DNA of 64,000 nt from Iphione sp. A-MEVVRFRX5 (Eukaryota), in NCBI GenBank assembly GCA_976226885.1, contig OZ320316.1, forward strand, positions 81,716,001 to 81,780,000. The letters are read 5' to 3'. Below are positions 1 through 12,000 of the stretch, in pieces. The notes under the pieces are model-generated. The model worked only from the letters and a program-made list of their open reading frames with translations. It was not told where the DNA came from and made no database searches. The number at the start of each line of letters is the position of its first letter. Position 1 is the stretch's first letter. Both the position numbers and the translations under genes were made by a program.

Positions 1-960
1 TATGCCATAGTATACTGCTTACTAAGCTAAGTAACTTCAAACTAGGAGCCTATGAGGTCTGTATTGCTAACTACCTATCCTCCCGATACCAAAAAACGGT
101 TGTGAACAGAGCTGAATCGGCAGAATTAGAAGTGGGCTGTGGAGTACCCCAGGGCTCCATATTAGGCCTGCTTCTATTCATCCTCTACATAAATGATCTG
201 CCATCCTTGATAAAGGGTTGTGAAAGTATACTTTATATGGACCACCTGGTCCTCATAGCACATGGAGATGATCTATCTGAGTGCCACAAGAAACTGCAGA
301 GTGGACTAGATCAGTTGAATGACTGGGCAAGAAATAACAGAATCTAAGTGAGTATACCGAATACAAAGATCATGTGATTCGCATACGTGATTCCAGAACT
401 TAATTGATTGGTGAGATTTATTATGGAGGAACGGAGCTATAACAAGTAAATGTTTTTAACTATCTGGGAGTACTAATAGATAAGAACCTATCCTTTAAGT
501 CACATTTGCAATCACTGACCCGGAAGGGGTATGGAAAACTAAATCAATTCTGGAAGATACGAAAATATATGAAACAGGAGTTAGCATGGAAACTAATCAA
601 GACTATTCTGCTACCTGTCACTAACTATGGCCTGGCTTTTGTAAATACCGACACTAGGAAATATGATAAATATGTGACCCTGCGTCAGCGTATCTATCAT
701 TGTGCACTCCCAAGAAAGCCAGATAGAGAGAAGATCAAAGAAGAAGTACTATCATTGATTGAAACTAGTATCATTAGGATGGGATGTGGCCTGAAAATAC
801 CAAAAGATCTTAGCAACAAACACTCCCCCACACATGAATCAAGAACCAGAGAAGGGCAGCGCAGGCAATTGAAAGTAAGAATCAGACCTCAAAATGAAAA
901 TAAAGGCTATCCGTGACATATAAGTTCAAGAACTACTGGCATCACAGTCTAAGTGTAACA
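1..960 (+). mobile_element. Decayed CR1/L2-group LINE fragment (RT C-terminal half and ORF2 C-terminus), running off the window start
   Basis: ORF 102-347 reads GCGVPQGSILGLLLFILYINDLP...LYMD (RT motifs GVPQGS and a degenerate YADD). ORF 506-916 continues with the post-RT region (LSFKSHLQSL...KLIKTILLP..NYG). Stops and frameshifts lie between them. Confidence 0.9.
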
Positions 961-1137
961 GAACCACATCTCCCCAGTAACAAACTAGCAGGTGTACTCA
1001 GACTAAAAGGAAAAAAAACAGCAGTGAAGGCAGACTTAAAGACCCCATAGCTTCATATTTTTTCACCCCGAGTCATCTCTCTATGGTAAACATAAGACTA
1101 TGGCTGTACAGGGTGCCACCCTTTCAACAGTTATCAT

Positions 1138-1305
1138 GACAGGTTGCAAACCTTGAGACAGATGACCGGTACAAATATAGAAGCAGGTTGCTGACCTTGA
1201 CACAACACAGAAACAAGAAAACTACAAAAATTATTAATGGCAGGTCACTGACCTTGACACTCCAAATATATTCTAATGAGCCAGCCGGTCGCTGACCTCT
1301 GACCT
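1138..1305 (+). repeat. Four spaced copies of a CAGGTYRCTGACCTTGAC-like motif downstream of the LINE fragment (probable 3' UTR repeat)
   Basis: acaggttgcaaaccttgagac, gcaggttgctgaccttgacac, gcaggtcactgaccttgacac and gccggtcgctgacctctgacc occur at ~40-60 bp spacing. Confidence 0.6.
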
Positions 1306-4300
1306 CTACCCACTTACTCTACATAGACTGATTAATACATCGACACATTTTTTACTATAGTCACTCATAATCTATGGGACTCCCTCATGCCAAATATCCT
1401 ACCACATCTCTACACTAAACATTACCATATAACATCAATTCTCATCAAATCATTGTGTACATAATCATCCAGCAACACAGAGCCAAAATGTACTGGATCA
1501 ACTGATACGTATCTGAATTATAATCTTCCAGTGTAAATAAAGATATAAAATAATTATATTCTTTCTTACATTACTTCTCTATGGTTTCAGGGAAAACCCT
1601 TCCAAGAATGGAAATCCTCCTTAATGCTCCTAATATATATTTCCCGTTGGTCTAGTTGCTTTGATGAAGAGTATTGTTCTAATACGTTGCTCCCTCGAAT
1701 GTATGAAGTTTCCCCCGTGTCAGCGTTAGTGGAATTGATATGAGTAGAGGCGCAGTGAGTGTCTGAATATTCATAGTAACTACAAGTGTTCACTGCAAAT
1801 TGTCATAGTTCCAATCTTCCTGTAAGTATGGATACTTCTCGCTCTGTACATTATCAACAGAATTTCAATCAAACTTATATATTTTTGCATCCTTTATCAT
1901 TCTGCTGGCATGTCTTGCCGTAGCGTCTTTTTTGATTACATTTATTGGGATTTGGGATCATTTAAGTACTTGGCCTCATCATGTGTTTTACGGCCATTTA
2001 CAGCATGCACAGATCAGCTGTTAAGGTCATCTTCTAATTCCCTAGTTGTCCGCATGCACCCAATTGTCCCGTCGCCAAAAAAATTGGTCACATTGTCATA
2101 ATTATCAACCTTTTGTGGTTTTTATTTTTTTATGGTCTGCTTCCAATACCACAGACATTCCTTCAGACAGGCGTTACATTCATTAATTCCTTCCTTGTTG
2201 ATTAATTTAGTTTTTTAGTGAATGTGTCTTTTCAATTTGCTCCTGATGTGAGAGCATTAACTGCACGTCTCTCTCTGACTTTGGTAACATCAAAGATTCA
2301 AATAATTTCCTGACTTTTTCCTTTGTCTAATTGGCAGTGTACCACTGTGTGTCAAGGGTTTATTTCATTCGGCCGTACATATTTCTGTAATATCGAGGGA
2401 CAGGAAACACGGAACATATGTCTCTCTCTGACCAGTTATAACATGAATTCAAGATTACATGTATACAAGTATCCTGCATGAGTAAAACATATTGACATGG
2501 AAGCATTGCAGTATAAGTATCTGTGTCGAAGTTTATGTATACATGGTAGTTGTGCGTCTAACTTCAAGGGTTGTCATTGAATTCAAGAACACGGTATAAC
2601 GCAACTAAAGACAAAAAGACCCAGAATTCGTGTATTTTCATATCTTGCTTCAAGCAATTTTTCCCTGAACACATGCAACTTGTTGACAGTTGACGTTTTG
2701 ACAGAAGAAATTTGAACAACTTACAGCAATTCATTTCGATACTATGATACATGTTTACATCAACAATTATTTAGTTGAACAAGTTAATTTAGAAAGTTAG
2801 AACGTGCCACAATCCTTCATAGAAAATGCTATTTCATATGACAGTTCATGGTATAGATGTTAACAAAACTACTGTTTCATTGGGTGCTTTTAGCCTTCTT
2901 GGACAATTAATTCTTAAGCAACTCGCCTGCTGATTATTTCAATTGGAGACGCCCGTTGAGAATAGTAGCTACTTCATGGAGGTCTCCTGTCTAGCGTAGC
3001 GAGTAGAAACCTTTACCTATTTCGAGAAAGCTGACCGGTTTCTAAATATTGCTCCTTACTGGCTATTTCTTTGACAATAAGCATAAGAAGTGACGGTAGT
3101 GTTTGATAGTTCCTGCTCCCCATGGTTCCAAATATAAAAGTCTGGAGCGAGCACTGCCACTTTCATTATGCACACTGGCGCCCACGAAGACCCTTTTTGG
3201 ATTACTTTGTTCCCTTTTTCCTGTTGTTTTGTTTTCGTCTTGGCGGGCCTGGATCAGGTGGGATGACTCTGCATTTTGAGGAGGAAACTAGCAGTCCTGT
3301 TCACATGCATTAACGCAATTAAAGGCTAATGACATTTGAGAAAATACACTACACCCCCGAATCAGACACGCACATACGCACGCGGGCACCGCCCATCCCT
3401 GCGCTTCATTTTACTGGCATAATGAAGCTTACCTCGATCTGAGAACACAGGGTGAGCCGTTGCCGGCTGGGAGATTGACTCAATTTTCTTGTTGACATTT
3501 TGGTGATGGCGAGTGGCACAAGATGTCGAGGTGGGCCGTTTGATGCTTGTGCGCTAGTGCGCACTGCCTTATGACTAGAAAATACGACTGCTGCAGCTGG
3601 CCATTACTGAACTGGTCAGATCCTACGCTCAATGCATTGATCTCCGCAACCCCCGTGCAACCTTAAACTCCATAATCCATTTCCGTGAACCGCCTTCTGA
3701 CACAATAAAACGACTGAAAGGTTGAGACCTAAACCCCATACCGTTACTTAACAAGAATTTATATGTTCTGACCTCGGGTACCATGCAACACTTTTAATTG
3801 ATTTTCCATGCTTGCCGATAGTGTCGTAATGTGTGGGCGGGCGCGCGCGGGTGACGTGGACTGGCCAGCTGAGAGACTTCGCAGTGTGAGAGGGAGACAC
3901 CGAGTGAGCCGAGAGGTGGAAGGAACAGGAAAAGGGACTCCGAGCGCGATGCTGACAGAGCAAAAGATTTCTGTCGAAGGATTAGCGGTAATCAAGGGAC
4001 CCGGCGTCGAAGGTGGCACGCCCGCAAGGCGCACTACTCAAGGCGCTGCTTGTTCTAAAGTGCGTCCATTGCGTCGAGTAGTTTCTCATGAAAACAAGCC
4101 CGAGCAGAAACAGCTGCTCTTCGTAGAGCAAAAAGAAGCTTACAAAGGAGGAAATATATGAGGCAAATACATTAGAATATATGTCCCAGTTACAGAGTGG
4201 AAACCAGTGGGACTTGTACGAAGGTACATAGAGCGAAGGACAGCCTATACAGGGACAAATGATTCGTTATGAATAGGTGTCCTTGACAATCAGTGTGGTC

Positions 4301-5279
4301 CTGTAGGCAAGAGAGCTAGAGAGCAGATGATGATGATGACGATGAACAGCAAAGGAAGGAGACCCCGGGAGACAACGAGAATCTGTTGCGAGAACACTGG
4401 AGTCTGCAAAAAAAAAACAGCTAAATATAGCAGAATGAAAGTACATGTACACACTGTTTAACATTTCACGGTGCCCCATGTAAGACAAAGGAGGAGAGGT
4501 TAATAAGTGTGCATATAATTATAATCAGTTATCCGACCATTGGAACATTCGTCTTCTTTAGTATAAAGTTAAATCAAGAGACGCATATAATTCAGTAGGT
4601 CGCTCAGAAAACATTAGAAAACAATTTCTCAACTAGTGAGGGAGTGTGCGCGATACATGTTATCGGTGACGTCAGCATTGCTCAGCGCTATTAAGCGCCG
4701 GCTGCAGCAACAACAGCAGCAACGTGCAGAGGAGTTTGAGGACAGGAGCCAAGCGCAGAACACGTATAGACGCAGCGATAACTCCGCCGCTGTCTCATAG
4801 CGACCTGCGCCAACTACTCATCGCCTCACAGGAAGGTCTGTCTGGACAAGGAGTGAATCGAAACTATAGTTCTTCTAGGTCTAACCATCGACAGCACTCG
4901 TGAAAAAAGGCTAGCGCGTCAACATTACAGCTTCTTCAAATTATCCCAGACGCCAACTAATTCATTGAGGAGTTGGGACTGTTTATCAGGAGCGTCGCAC
5001 AACAGGATCTGCTGAGGGACGTGAGTCGGATAGCTGCAGGTGGAGCAAGGATGCTGCATGCGATCGGGCGCCACGTCCGCGCCGGTCGCCACCGCTGCAC
5101 GGGGTGCTGGCTTACTAAGGGCGTGAGCTGCTCGCCGTTCAGTGGCTGCTCCATCATCACCCTCTGACTGCGGCAAGTTTGTGAATGCGGCTTGGAATAC
5201 GTCACTGAATGACGACCGCTCCGGCGACTAAAGCTCTGTTAGAGCCTACCTGTCTGTCCATTGAGAGTTAGGACTACCC

Positions 5280-5650
5280 GACTCGTTAAGATCCACACTA
5301 TACAACTGAGTACACCTGTTGCATGAGAAGAATATTACTTTTGCCCGATAAGTGGCATTCGTAGGGCATGAGGAACTGGGAAAGAACTGAAGCCTCTTAG
5401 AAACAACTGGGAAGCAGTGGCTTCCCAAGCCTTAACTGAAGAGAAACGACTGACCTCCTGTCAGTGCAGAAATTCTCCATATTGGATATTTAATACTGTG
5501 ATTTGTGCCAAGGCATTCGGAGCGATGCTGAGGACTTGGTTCACCGGACACCTGAGGGCGGGAAGCCGGCAAGGATTCCGCCTTCTGATTGCCCTTGTGC
5601 ATATCACCTGCATGTCCGCTGTAGATATTCTTCAACGAACGTCAGGTATC
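5280..5650 (+). mobile_element. Possible decayed DIRS/Ngaro tyrosine recombinase C-terminal remnant
   Basis: Across frameshifts: KIHTIQ (cf. SKTIQ), FCPISGI (cf. LCPVxAL), AFGAMLRTWFTGHLRAG (cf. F..LR..L..FTGHSFRxG) and SD..AYHLHVR (cf. WxSxAYxxYVR). The motifs are in the right order but degenerate. Confidence 0.4.
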
Positions 5651-6134
5651 TTATCAGTTATATACTTTACGACCCCCACACTTCAATTAGCATGTTTTGT
5701 TGAATCCCTTGTTTTTATGAGTGTTTTATTCTGGGTATGTTTCCTTCATGGATCTCCAAGTGAACACACCTCCCACTTTCATTTGCCTAACTCCACCTTC
5801 TTCCAACCACCCCTCTTTCCTGTTCGCCGTCGCATTGTCTACTGTCCTGACAAACTCCTTTCTACACAAACCATGCATGTTGCTCTCACTATCTACCCAT
5901 TCGTGGGTTTATTTATTTATTCATGCGCCGCTGTCTATATAAAATATGTGTCTACATATAAGCGTATCGTGGAAAGGAGTACTGTCTAGGAGAATGTGAA
6001 ACAGCTCTCCTGCCGAGAAAATGTCATGGGTATACCGCATTATTAACTCATCAAAGATCGCTGTAAGTATCTGAGTGCCCACTCGCCGCTCTGGCCTGTC
6101 CCTGCCTTCTGGCGAAGGGAGGACCGCTGTCAAT

Positions 6135-6172
6135 GAAAGTCACTCTCACCCGAAAGTCACTCTCACCCGAAA
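6135..6172. repeat. Perfect 17-bp tandem duplication
   Basis: gaaagtcactctcaccc x2 followed by gaaa. Confidence 0.9.
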
Positions 6173-6665
6173 AGGAAAGTATATGTAGTGTAGGAGTAGT
6201 ATGACGAAGCTATATTAATATAGTTAGAGAATATGATTATTTGTTTTATATAATGTGTTCCCAAATCAAGTAATAGATATAATTACGCATGTGCACCTAT
6301 TGACAGTAACTACATGTATATGAGTGATATTTAGCAATACAAAACAATTCGGAGGTATAAAATCCAGATGCATCACGGAAATTTCCAAATGAATTACCTA
6401 CGCAATACAATGTGAGGGAAACATACAGTACTCTTTGTCCTTCTATGGGAATCCGCGCGACATGGCATGGCTGATGAGTTCCCCCCAATCTCGCAGCAAC
6501 TAAAACGCCTACGTAGTTAATTTTTCAGCACAAACGTTGGTTAGTGCTTGTTAAAGGCTTACTTTCCCAGTAAATATTTATATTTCTAAAGCATTTGTTG
6601 ATTTCCTCTTAATTATATTTGCGACGCGTAAATTAAACAAGTCAATGTTTACGGACGAGATTTCT

Positions 6666-6884
6666 CAGTGGTACTGGCAAATTCCGAACATAACTGGCTG
6701 GCACCAATCGTTTTCCTCTGTTAAAATACTGAAATACACTTATCTTCGGACAAAGTTGCCTGAGATTTGCCTGAGACTACAAACAGGATGGGGCAAAGTG
6801 GCCTTAGGCCACAATTCGAAATTCTTCTGAAATCCGAACAAAATCGCTTGAAACGGCGATCGTTCGGATTTCTAGTATCAACTG
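6666..6884 (+). mobile_element. Short copy of CAG-ended Tc1/mariner-type MITE family A (nearly lacking the internal array)
   Basis: The right end ggcgatcgttcggatttctagtatcaactg|ta matches 36550-36580. The internal aattccgaacataactggctggcaccaatcgttttcctctgttaaaatac matches 36230-36285. An imperfect left TIR starts cagtggtactggcaaattccgaac. Confidence 0.7.
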
Positions 6885-7050
6885 TATAAGGCCGGGTTCC
6901 TTACATGCGTGGAGCTGCGTTCCCCTGAACTCGTTGTCCGTGTGCATTAACCTGTATTTTACATGAATTTTGGAGTCACGCAGCCTAAGGGATAGGGGTG
7001 CCTATTGAGAGTGTATTTATGTTGCGTGAATGTCTCTGGCAGAAGTATAG

Positions 7051-7290
7051 AAACTGGCGAATTTCACTGGCAAAAGCATAAAAACTGGTGAATGCCACTG
7101 GGAAAAGTATAAAAACTGACATGTTCCTGGAAAAAGCATAAAAACTGGTGAATGCCACTGGAAAAAGTATAAAAACTAGCATGTCACTGGAAAAAGCATA
7201 AAAACTGGTGAATGCCACTGGAAAAAGTATTTTAAAAACTTGTGAATTTCACTGGAAAAAGTATGAAAACTGGCAAATTTCACTGGAAAA
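7051..7290. repeat. Minisatellite with alternating 31-bp and 29-bp units (60-bp higher-order repeat)
   Basis: aaaactggtgaatgccactggaaaaagtata alternates with aaaactagcatgtcactggaaaaagcata; about 8 units. Confidence 0.9.
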
Positions 7291-8067
7291 AGTATGAAAT
7301 GAGCGATAATGTGTGCAAAATGTGTGGTAACCATTTTCATCCATCTATCATACATCTATCATAGCTTTTCACCTAATTCAAAGGCCATCTGTTGTATACT
7401 GCTGTGAGTTTGGTGTCTGTGTGCGTGAAATTATTGGTCAGAGACCATTAATGATCAACGGATCCAAAATGGACCCAAATGGGCCCAAACTCACAAGGTC
7501 AAGGTCAAGGTGGGGGTATGGGCAACAACCCCAAAGTGATGCCCTGGCCTTCGCCGGTGAGGCAGGCCTAGTCAGCATGGCCTTCAGTGCTGTGTGGTAT
7601 AGCTGAAGGAATGGAAGTCCTCAGACTGTCACAGGAGCCAGTGCAGAGCACAGTATCTAACAAAACGACTGTCCTCAGGGCCCCTCCACCATCCAACTGG
7701 GAGCATCCCACTGGGGGTGATTGAGTGCCTGGTCCTCATGTCACCATGTTGTCCCTCCTGCAGACTCAAACAATCAAGGGTCTACACTCTTCCTGATAGG
7801 TGACCCACCCACCTAGCTACCAGCAGGTTATAATGTGAGTGGGTAGTAGTTCAGGTTGCGGCAGCCGATGGAGCAGCAGTGACGCGATGGGATCACTCAG
7901 GCATGATATGATTGGCAGGTGGTGAGAGCAAGCATGCAAGGAGTACACGTGCACTGTGCTAATCCCCAGTGTCCACAAAGCTCAGCCCCCATAGCCACGA
8001 GGTTACAGTGGGTGTAAAACCACTGGTGTGTGTCTCTACTCAATAACTGGCATGGAAGTTCAGTGGA

Positions 8068-8465
8068 GTGACCAGGAGGGCAAACCAGGTCACTCGAGCT
8101 CCTGAAAGCTACAGCCTGTAGGCCAGCTTAGGACTCCACAACTGACCATAGACCCTGAGGTAGGGGACCAGCCATCCTGGGGTCAATCTCCACAAATAGT
8201 TGCAGGGGTGGTCAAACCAACACCTCCAGCTGTTATGGACAGTTTATGTGCACACTTATTTCTAGAGAGTGACCAGGTAGGCTGCTCCCAGGTCACTCCA
8301 GCTCCCAAAGGTTACAGCATATTGTGTCAGATTAGACATGGTCCCAGACACACAACCTAGAGCTAAGGGGTTAGCCTAGCCTGAGGGTAGCTCCACAGAG
8401 GGTTACAGGGTGGTCATACCAATGCCCCAGCTCATGTGAATGGTCCTGGTGCAAAATGCCAGCTC
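8068..8465. repeat. Two diverged ~200-bp direct repeats inside the TIR element
   Basis: gtgaccagg...ccaggtcactcgagctcc...ctccacaaatagttgcaggggtggtcaaaccaa versus gtgaccagg...ccaggtcactccagctcc...ctccacagagggttacagggtggtcataccaa. Confidence 0.65.
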
Positions 8466-8896
8466 CAACACTCACCTAGCCTCTCAGCGCAACGTCCTTG
8501 CTCCTCCGCTCCACCGAGCAAACTGACCCGAACTCACATGCACTCAATTGACACTTTACAATAGATATCACTGTTTCAATAAAAACGGACCCAAACGGAC
8601 CCAAAACAGACCCAAAACACACGGATACCAACGCAGGTATAAAACCCGGTCTTAAGGGAGCAACGTTCATCAGTATTTAACACCGGTTATGATTTAACAC
8701 TGGTAAAAGAACATCAGGGAGAGGAAGAATTTTGTCCTAAAGTTTCTGCCTTTCAAATATTCAACGTGAGATTATCATAACAAAGATCATGGCTAACAAA
8801 CTGCAATTTATTTAAATCTATTCTTCATATCGAAAGGACATAATGATATTCTTCTAAAGAAAGATTGGCAAAAAATTAATCGGATATATGAATATA

Positions 8897-9030
8897 CAGT
8901 AGAAAGCCACCTTATGGACATGTCTCCAATAGGGGCATGCCTCAATACATACACTTTTGAGAACAGATTGTATTTTTTCTCTCCATTGTAGACATTCTCC
9001 AATGAGGACGTTATAATTTGGGACATTTTA
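8897..9030 (+). mobile_element. Truncated Tigger/pogo-like MITE end
   Basis: ta|cagtagaaagccaccttatggaca start with ctccaat..ggac subterminal repeats; no matching second TIR found. Confidence 0.3.
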
Positions 9031-12000
9031 TGAAAACTGTATGTAATATGTATTTTGATATCTAAAAACTTTAGGAATAAGCTTCAAAGAGATACGTTAA
9101 TGAGTTCTTCTTTTCTAAAAAATGTTATTACAACAATATTCTTTGGTAGATAGGATATTGCAAGTCTGAAAAGTTCGGGAGATTTTATTACAAAGCAATG
9201 AACCAATCGCGGATTAGAATCGGCATGCAAACAACAGCTAAAGAAACTTAAAAGAAAAAGGAATAACTTTGTTGTCGTTGTAGGTAAATAATACACCACT
9301 GGGACACTTAACGTAAGATTTCACTTCAGGTAACGGAACACACAAATGAAACTACACACTACATGTATTTATCAGTGGAACGGCGCGTTGCAGTAGAACA
9401 GCCGTCGCGTGCTGCTGTGGGGAGTCTTTATATGGCCCATTTTCTCGATACACGTGGCTCATATATTGTCTTTATATCCTTGGGTATTATCGATAGTGAG
9501 CAATGAATTAAGCTCTCACGGGTGGATATCTGGCCGATGTAGAAGGTAACTTAGGCGTTGGGATTACCGTGTGTGACACGGAACGACTGCTGCCTTGTAC
9601 TGATGGGCAGAATAGGCTGGAGCGGCGTTCAAAGTGAGGCCACCTATTGATCCCAGTGTCTCAACACGAACACTACGTCGAATAAGACATTGTGCATGCT
9701 TTTTGTACATGTGCCAACGGCGCCATGTAGATTGATTGGCGCCACCGCGAAGAGACCCATCGAGGCCAGGAAAGGGAAGCTAGGGTGAGAGGGGAAAATG
9801 CTTGTGGCCAGACAAATCACCCAGCGGAGGGATGTGGCATTTTTTTTCTTGCTAGAACTAAGTAAGTTGGGGTCGAGAAGTGTTAGGAATCACAGCCAGT
9901 GCTAATGGCTGGGCGGGTATGGGAAAGGGGAGCACTTTCACCACCGTCGACGAGATGCATGAGAGGAAACCAGAGCACTCTGTCGCCGGCGGCATTGCAA
10001 GTCAGGGAGAAGAGGTGGCCCTTTCGATTGTCTATTGCCGGCTCTGAATATCAAGAAACAGCAGAGAGGCTGAAATGCTACATTGGCGCTCTTAGAATTC
10101 GTTTAGACTCCCAGAGTTAAATTTGCTTCTACGCTCTAGTGCTGTTGTGTACTTGCTGAAAAATAGAACAGCTACAAAATTTCGCTTTTAGTAAACGGAC
10201 GACCTTACACAAGCTACTGTATGTGCTCGATGCCTCTAGTGTGGTGCCTGTAGATTTTGTTCACAGCTGTAGCTTAAACAGAATTTTAAAATCTGCTTCG
10301 TATGCACATTAATCAAAGCTTCGGTGATGCATCGTTTCTGGACTTGAAAAAACCTCGGGCTAGTGAGTTGAAGGCAGACGCAGGTGGCCATGTTATTTTT
10401 TATCGTAACTGACCTTTTGGCATGCTGGCACAGAACCATTGGCAATGCAGACTCTCCCAGAAATACACCATAACTAAGCTTGTATAAAATGTAGTCCTGT
10501 CAAATAATATGTACATATGAGCGCTTTTGTCGTTTTAATAGTTTCTGCCTGCGATAAAATCTGGATGGGGTTCTGTGTGAGGGTTTGCTGTCAAACAAAC
10601 TTGCTCTCTAATTCCATTCCGTTTGTCCAGGAAGTGGTTTTATGGTTTTCTTGCACGACTTTTGGCAAGGATGACGCCCATGAGTATTATTCAGATGGTC
10701 GTAGCGGCAGGCCTGACTTTGTTGAAGTCCCAGTAGAGCATGCTAAATGCGAAAAACCTACCTTCTGAACAGCCTGTTCGGCTTTGTTAACGGAGCAAGG
10801 GTAGAGTTCACAGTGACGGAGTAACTTAACCTTTACCTCATCAGCATCAGCACCTGCAAAGTACGAATTCGATATTCAGATTGATGCTCCTTCCGGCATA
10901 TGACGCCCATTTCTAGAGCTTTTTTTCATTATTTTTGCGTACGATTCGATCTTACAAGAAAGGCACTGTAAGCGCATCCCTGCGTGCACGTGTATTGCCG
11001 CCACCATTAAAAGCAACACCATAACAGGAATGAGGTGTTTCCACTTTTATTTCCTTCTTCTTGTGTATCATTCTCTTTGACTTATAGATATACACGACTT
11101 CTCACGACACATGTATCCCTAATGCACATCATGAAAATCAAATCTGGGCAGTCATTGCTGGAAACAGGGCAGGACCTCTCAGGATTATAGATCCGTACCC
11201 CGGCATTAGGCTGACTCGAAGCATGCCCAATGTGAGGCTTCCAATACAACGTGTGATAGGACAGATGCATCCGACAGGTTGCGTTCCGATGCGAGGTAGT
11301 GCACACTTTAAGACCGCTCATGTCGACTGTCAGGAAATGATCGGATCCATAACATGTTTCACACCATGGCAGCAGTCCCAGTTCAACCTCCTGGCTTGTA
11401 CACGTGTATTCGGATGTTTGCGCCAGAAAGACATGCATACATTGTACATGTATAATAATTCCTGAACAGATTTAATGTATGACAGTTACATGAATAAAAG
11501 CGTGGCTCCCAAAAAGCGAAACATATCTCAAGTATGCTTGGATGTTATGATAGGTGCATTAGCTATGGCTTTGTACACCGACGTTTTCCACCTTCACACT
11601 AAGTAATTTCGTCTCTGACAATACTAGATATCGACCGCTATAGCTTCCGGTCGATAAACACACATAAATCCATATAAGGTACGACTATATCAATGAGTCA
11701 TTGCGCTTTTTAATTAGGACAAAGATACTCTATTTTTCTTTGTAACCTTTAGTGGCTGGAATCTTATCTGCGTGACATCCTATGTCAAAAAGCGCAGGTG
11801 TATGGCATTGATCCACAACCCCTTTTGATAAGTGCCAAGCAACGTCTTTCAAAGCTGTTCGTCACCACTCACTTCTCCGGTCATCAATGAGCACAAATAC
11901 ATTTGTGTTCCATGATGTTTGTTCTACAGAAACCTTAGAAAATAAGGTCAAGTATCTACACAGCAGGCTTTTCTATCATCGTTCCTTTCAGGGCGAATAG

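Larger units (their letters stand above)
6889..8652. mobile_element. Non-autonomous TIR DNA element (~1.76 kb, TA-flanked)
   Basis: Left end ta|aggccgggttccttacatgcgt versus reverse complement of right end ta|agaccgggttttatacctgcgt. No coding capacity; it contains internal repeats. Confidence 0.6.

Noticed and set aside
3690-5230. Possible LTR element with gag/PHD-like fragments (CSTC..LLCD; CTHC..H)
   Set aside because: No second LTR, PBS or pol motifs found, and the Cys patterns are incomplete.
5417-5989. 190-aa ORF as a host membrane protein
   Set aside because: Non-ATG start, low-complexity pyrimidine-rich 3' half and no splice context. The 5' part is better explained as a decayed YR element.
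11082-11465. Overlapping 118-aa and 80-aa Cys-rich ORFs
   Set aside because: No recognisable domain or flanking splice signals; consistent with chance ORFs or an unidentifiable decayed repeat.
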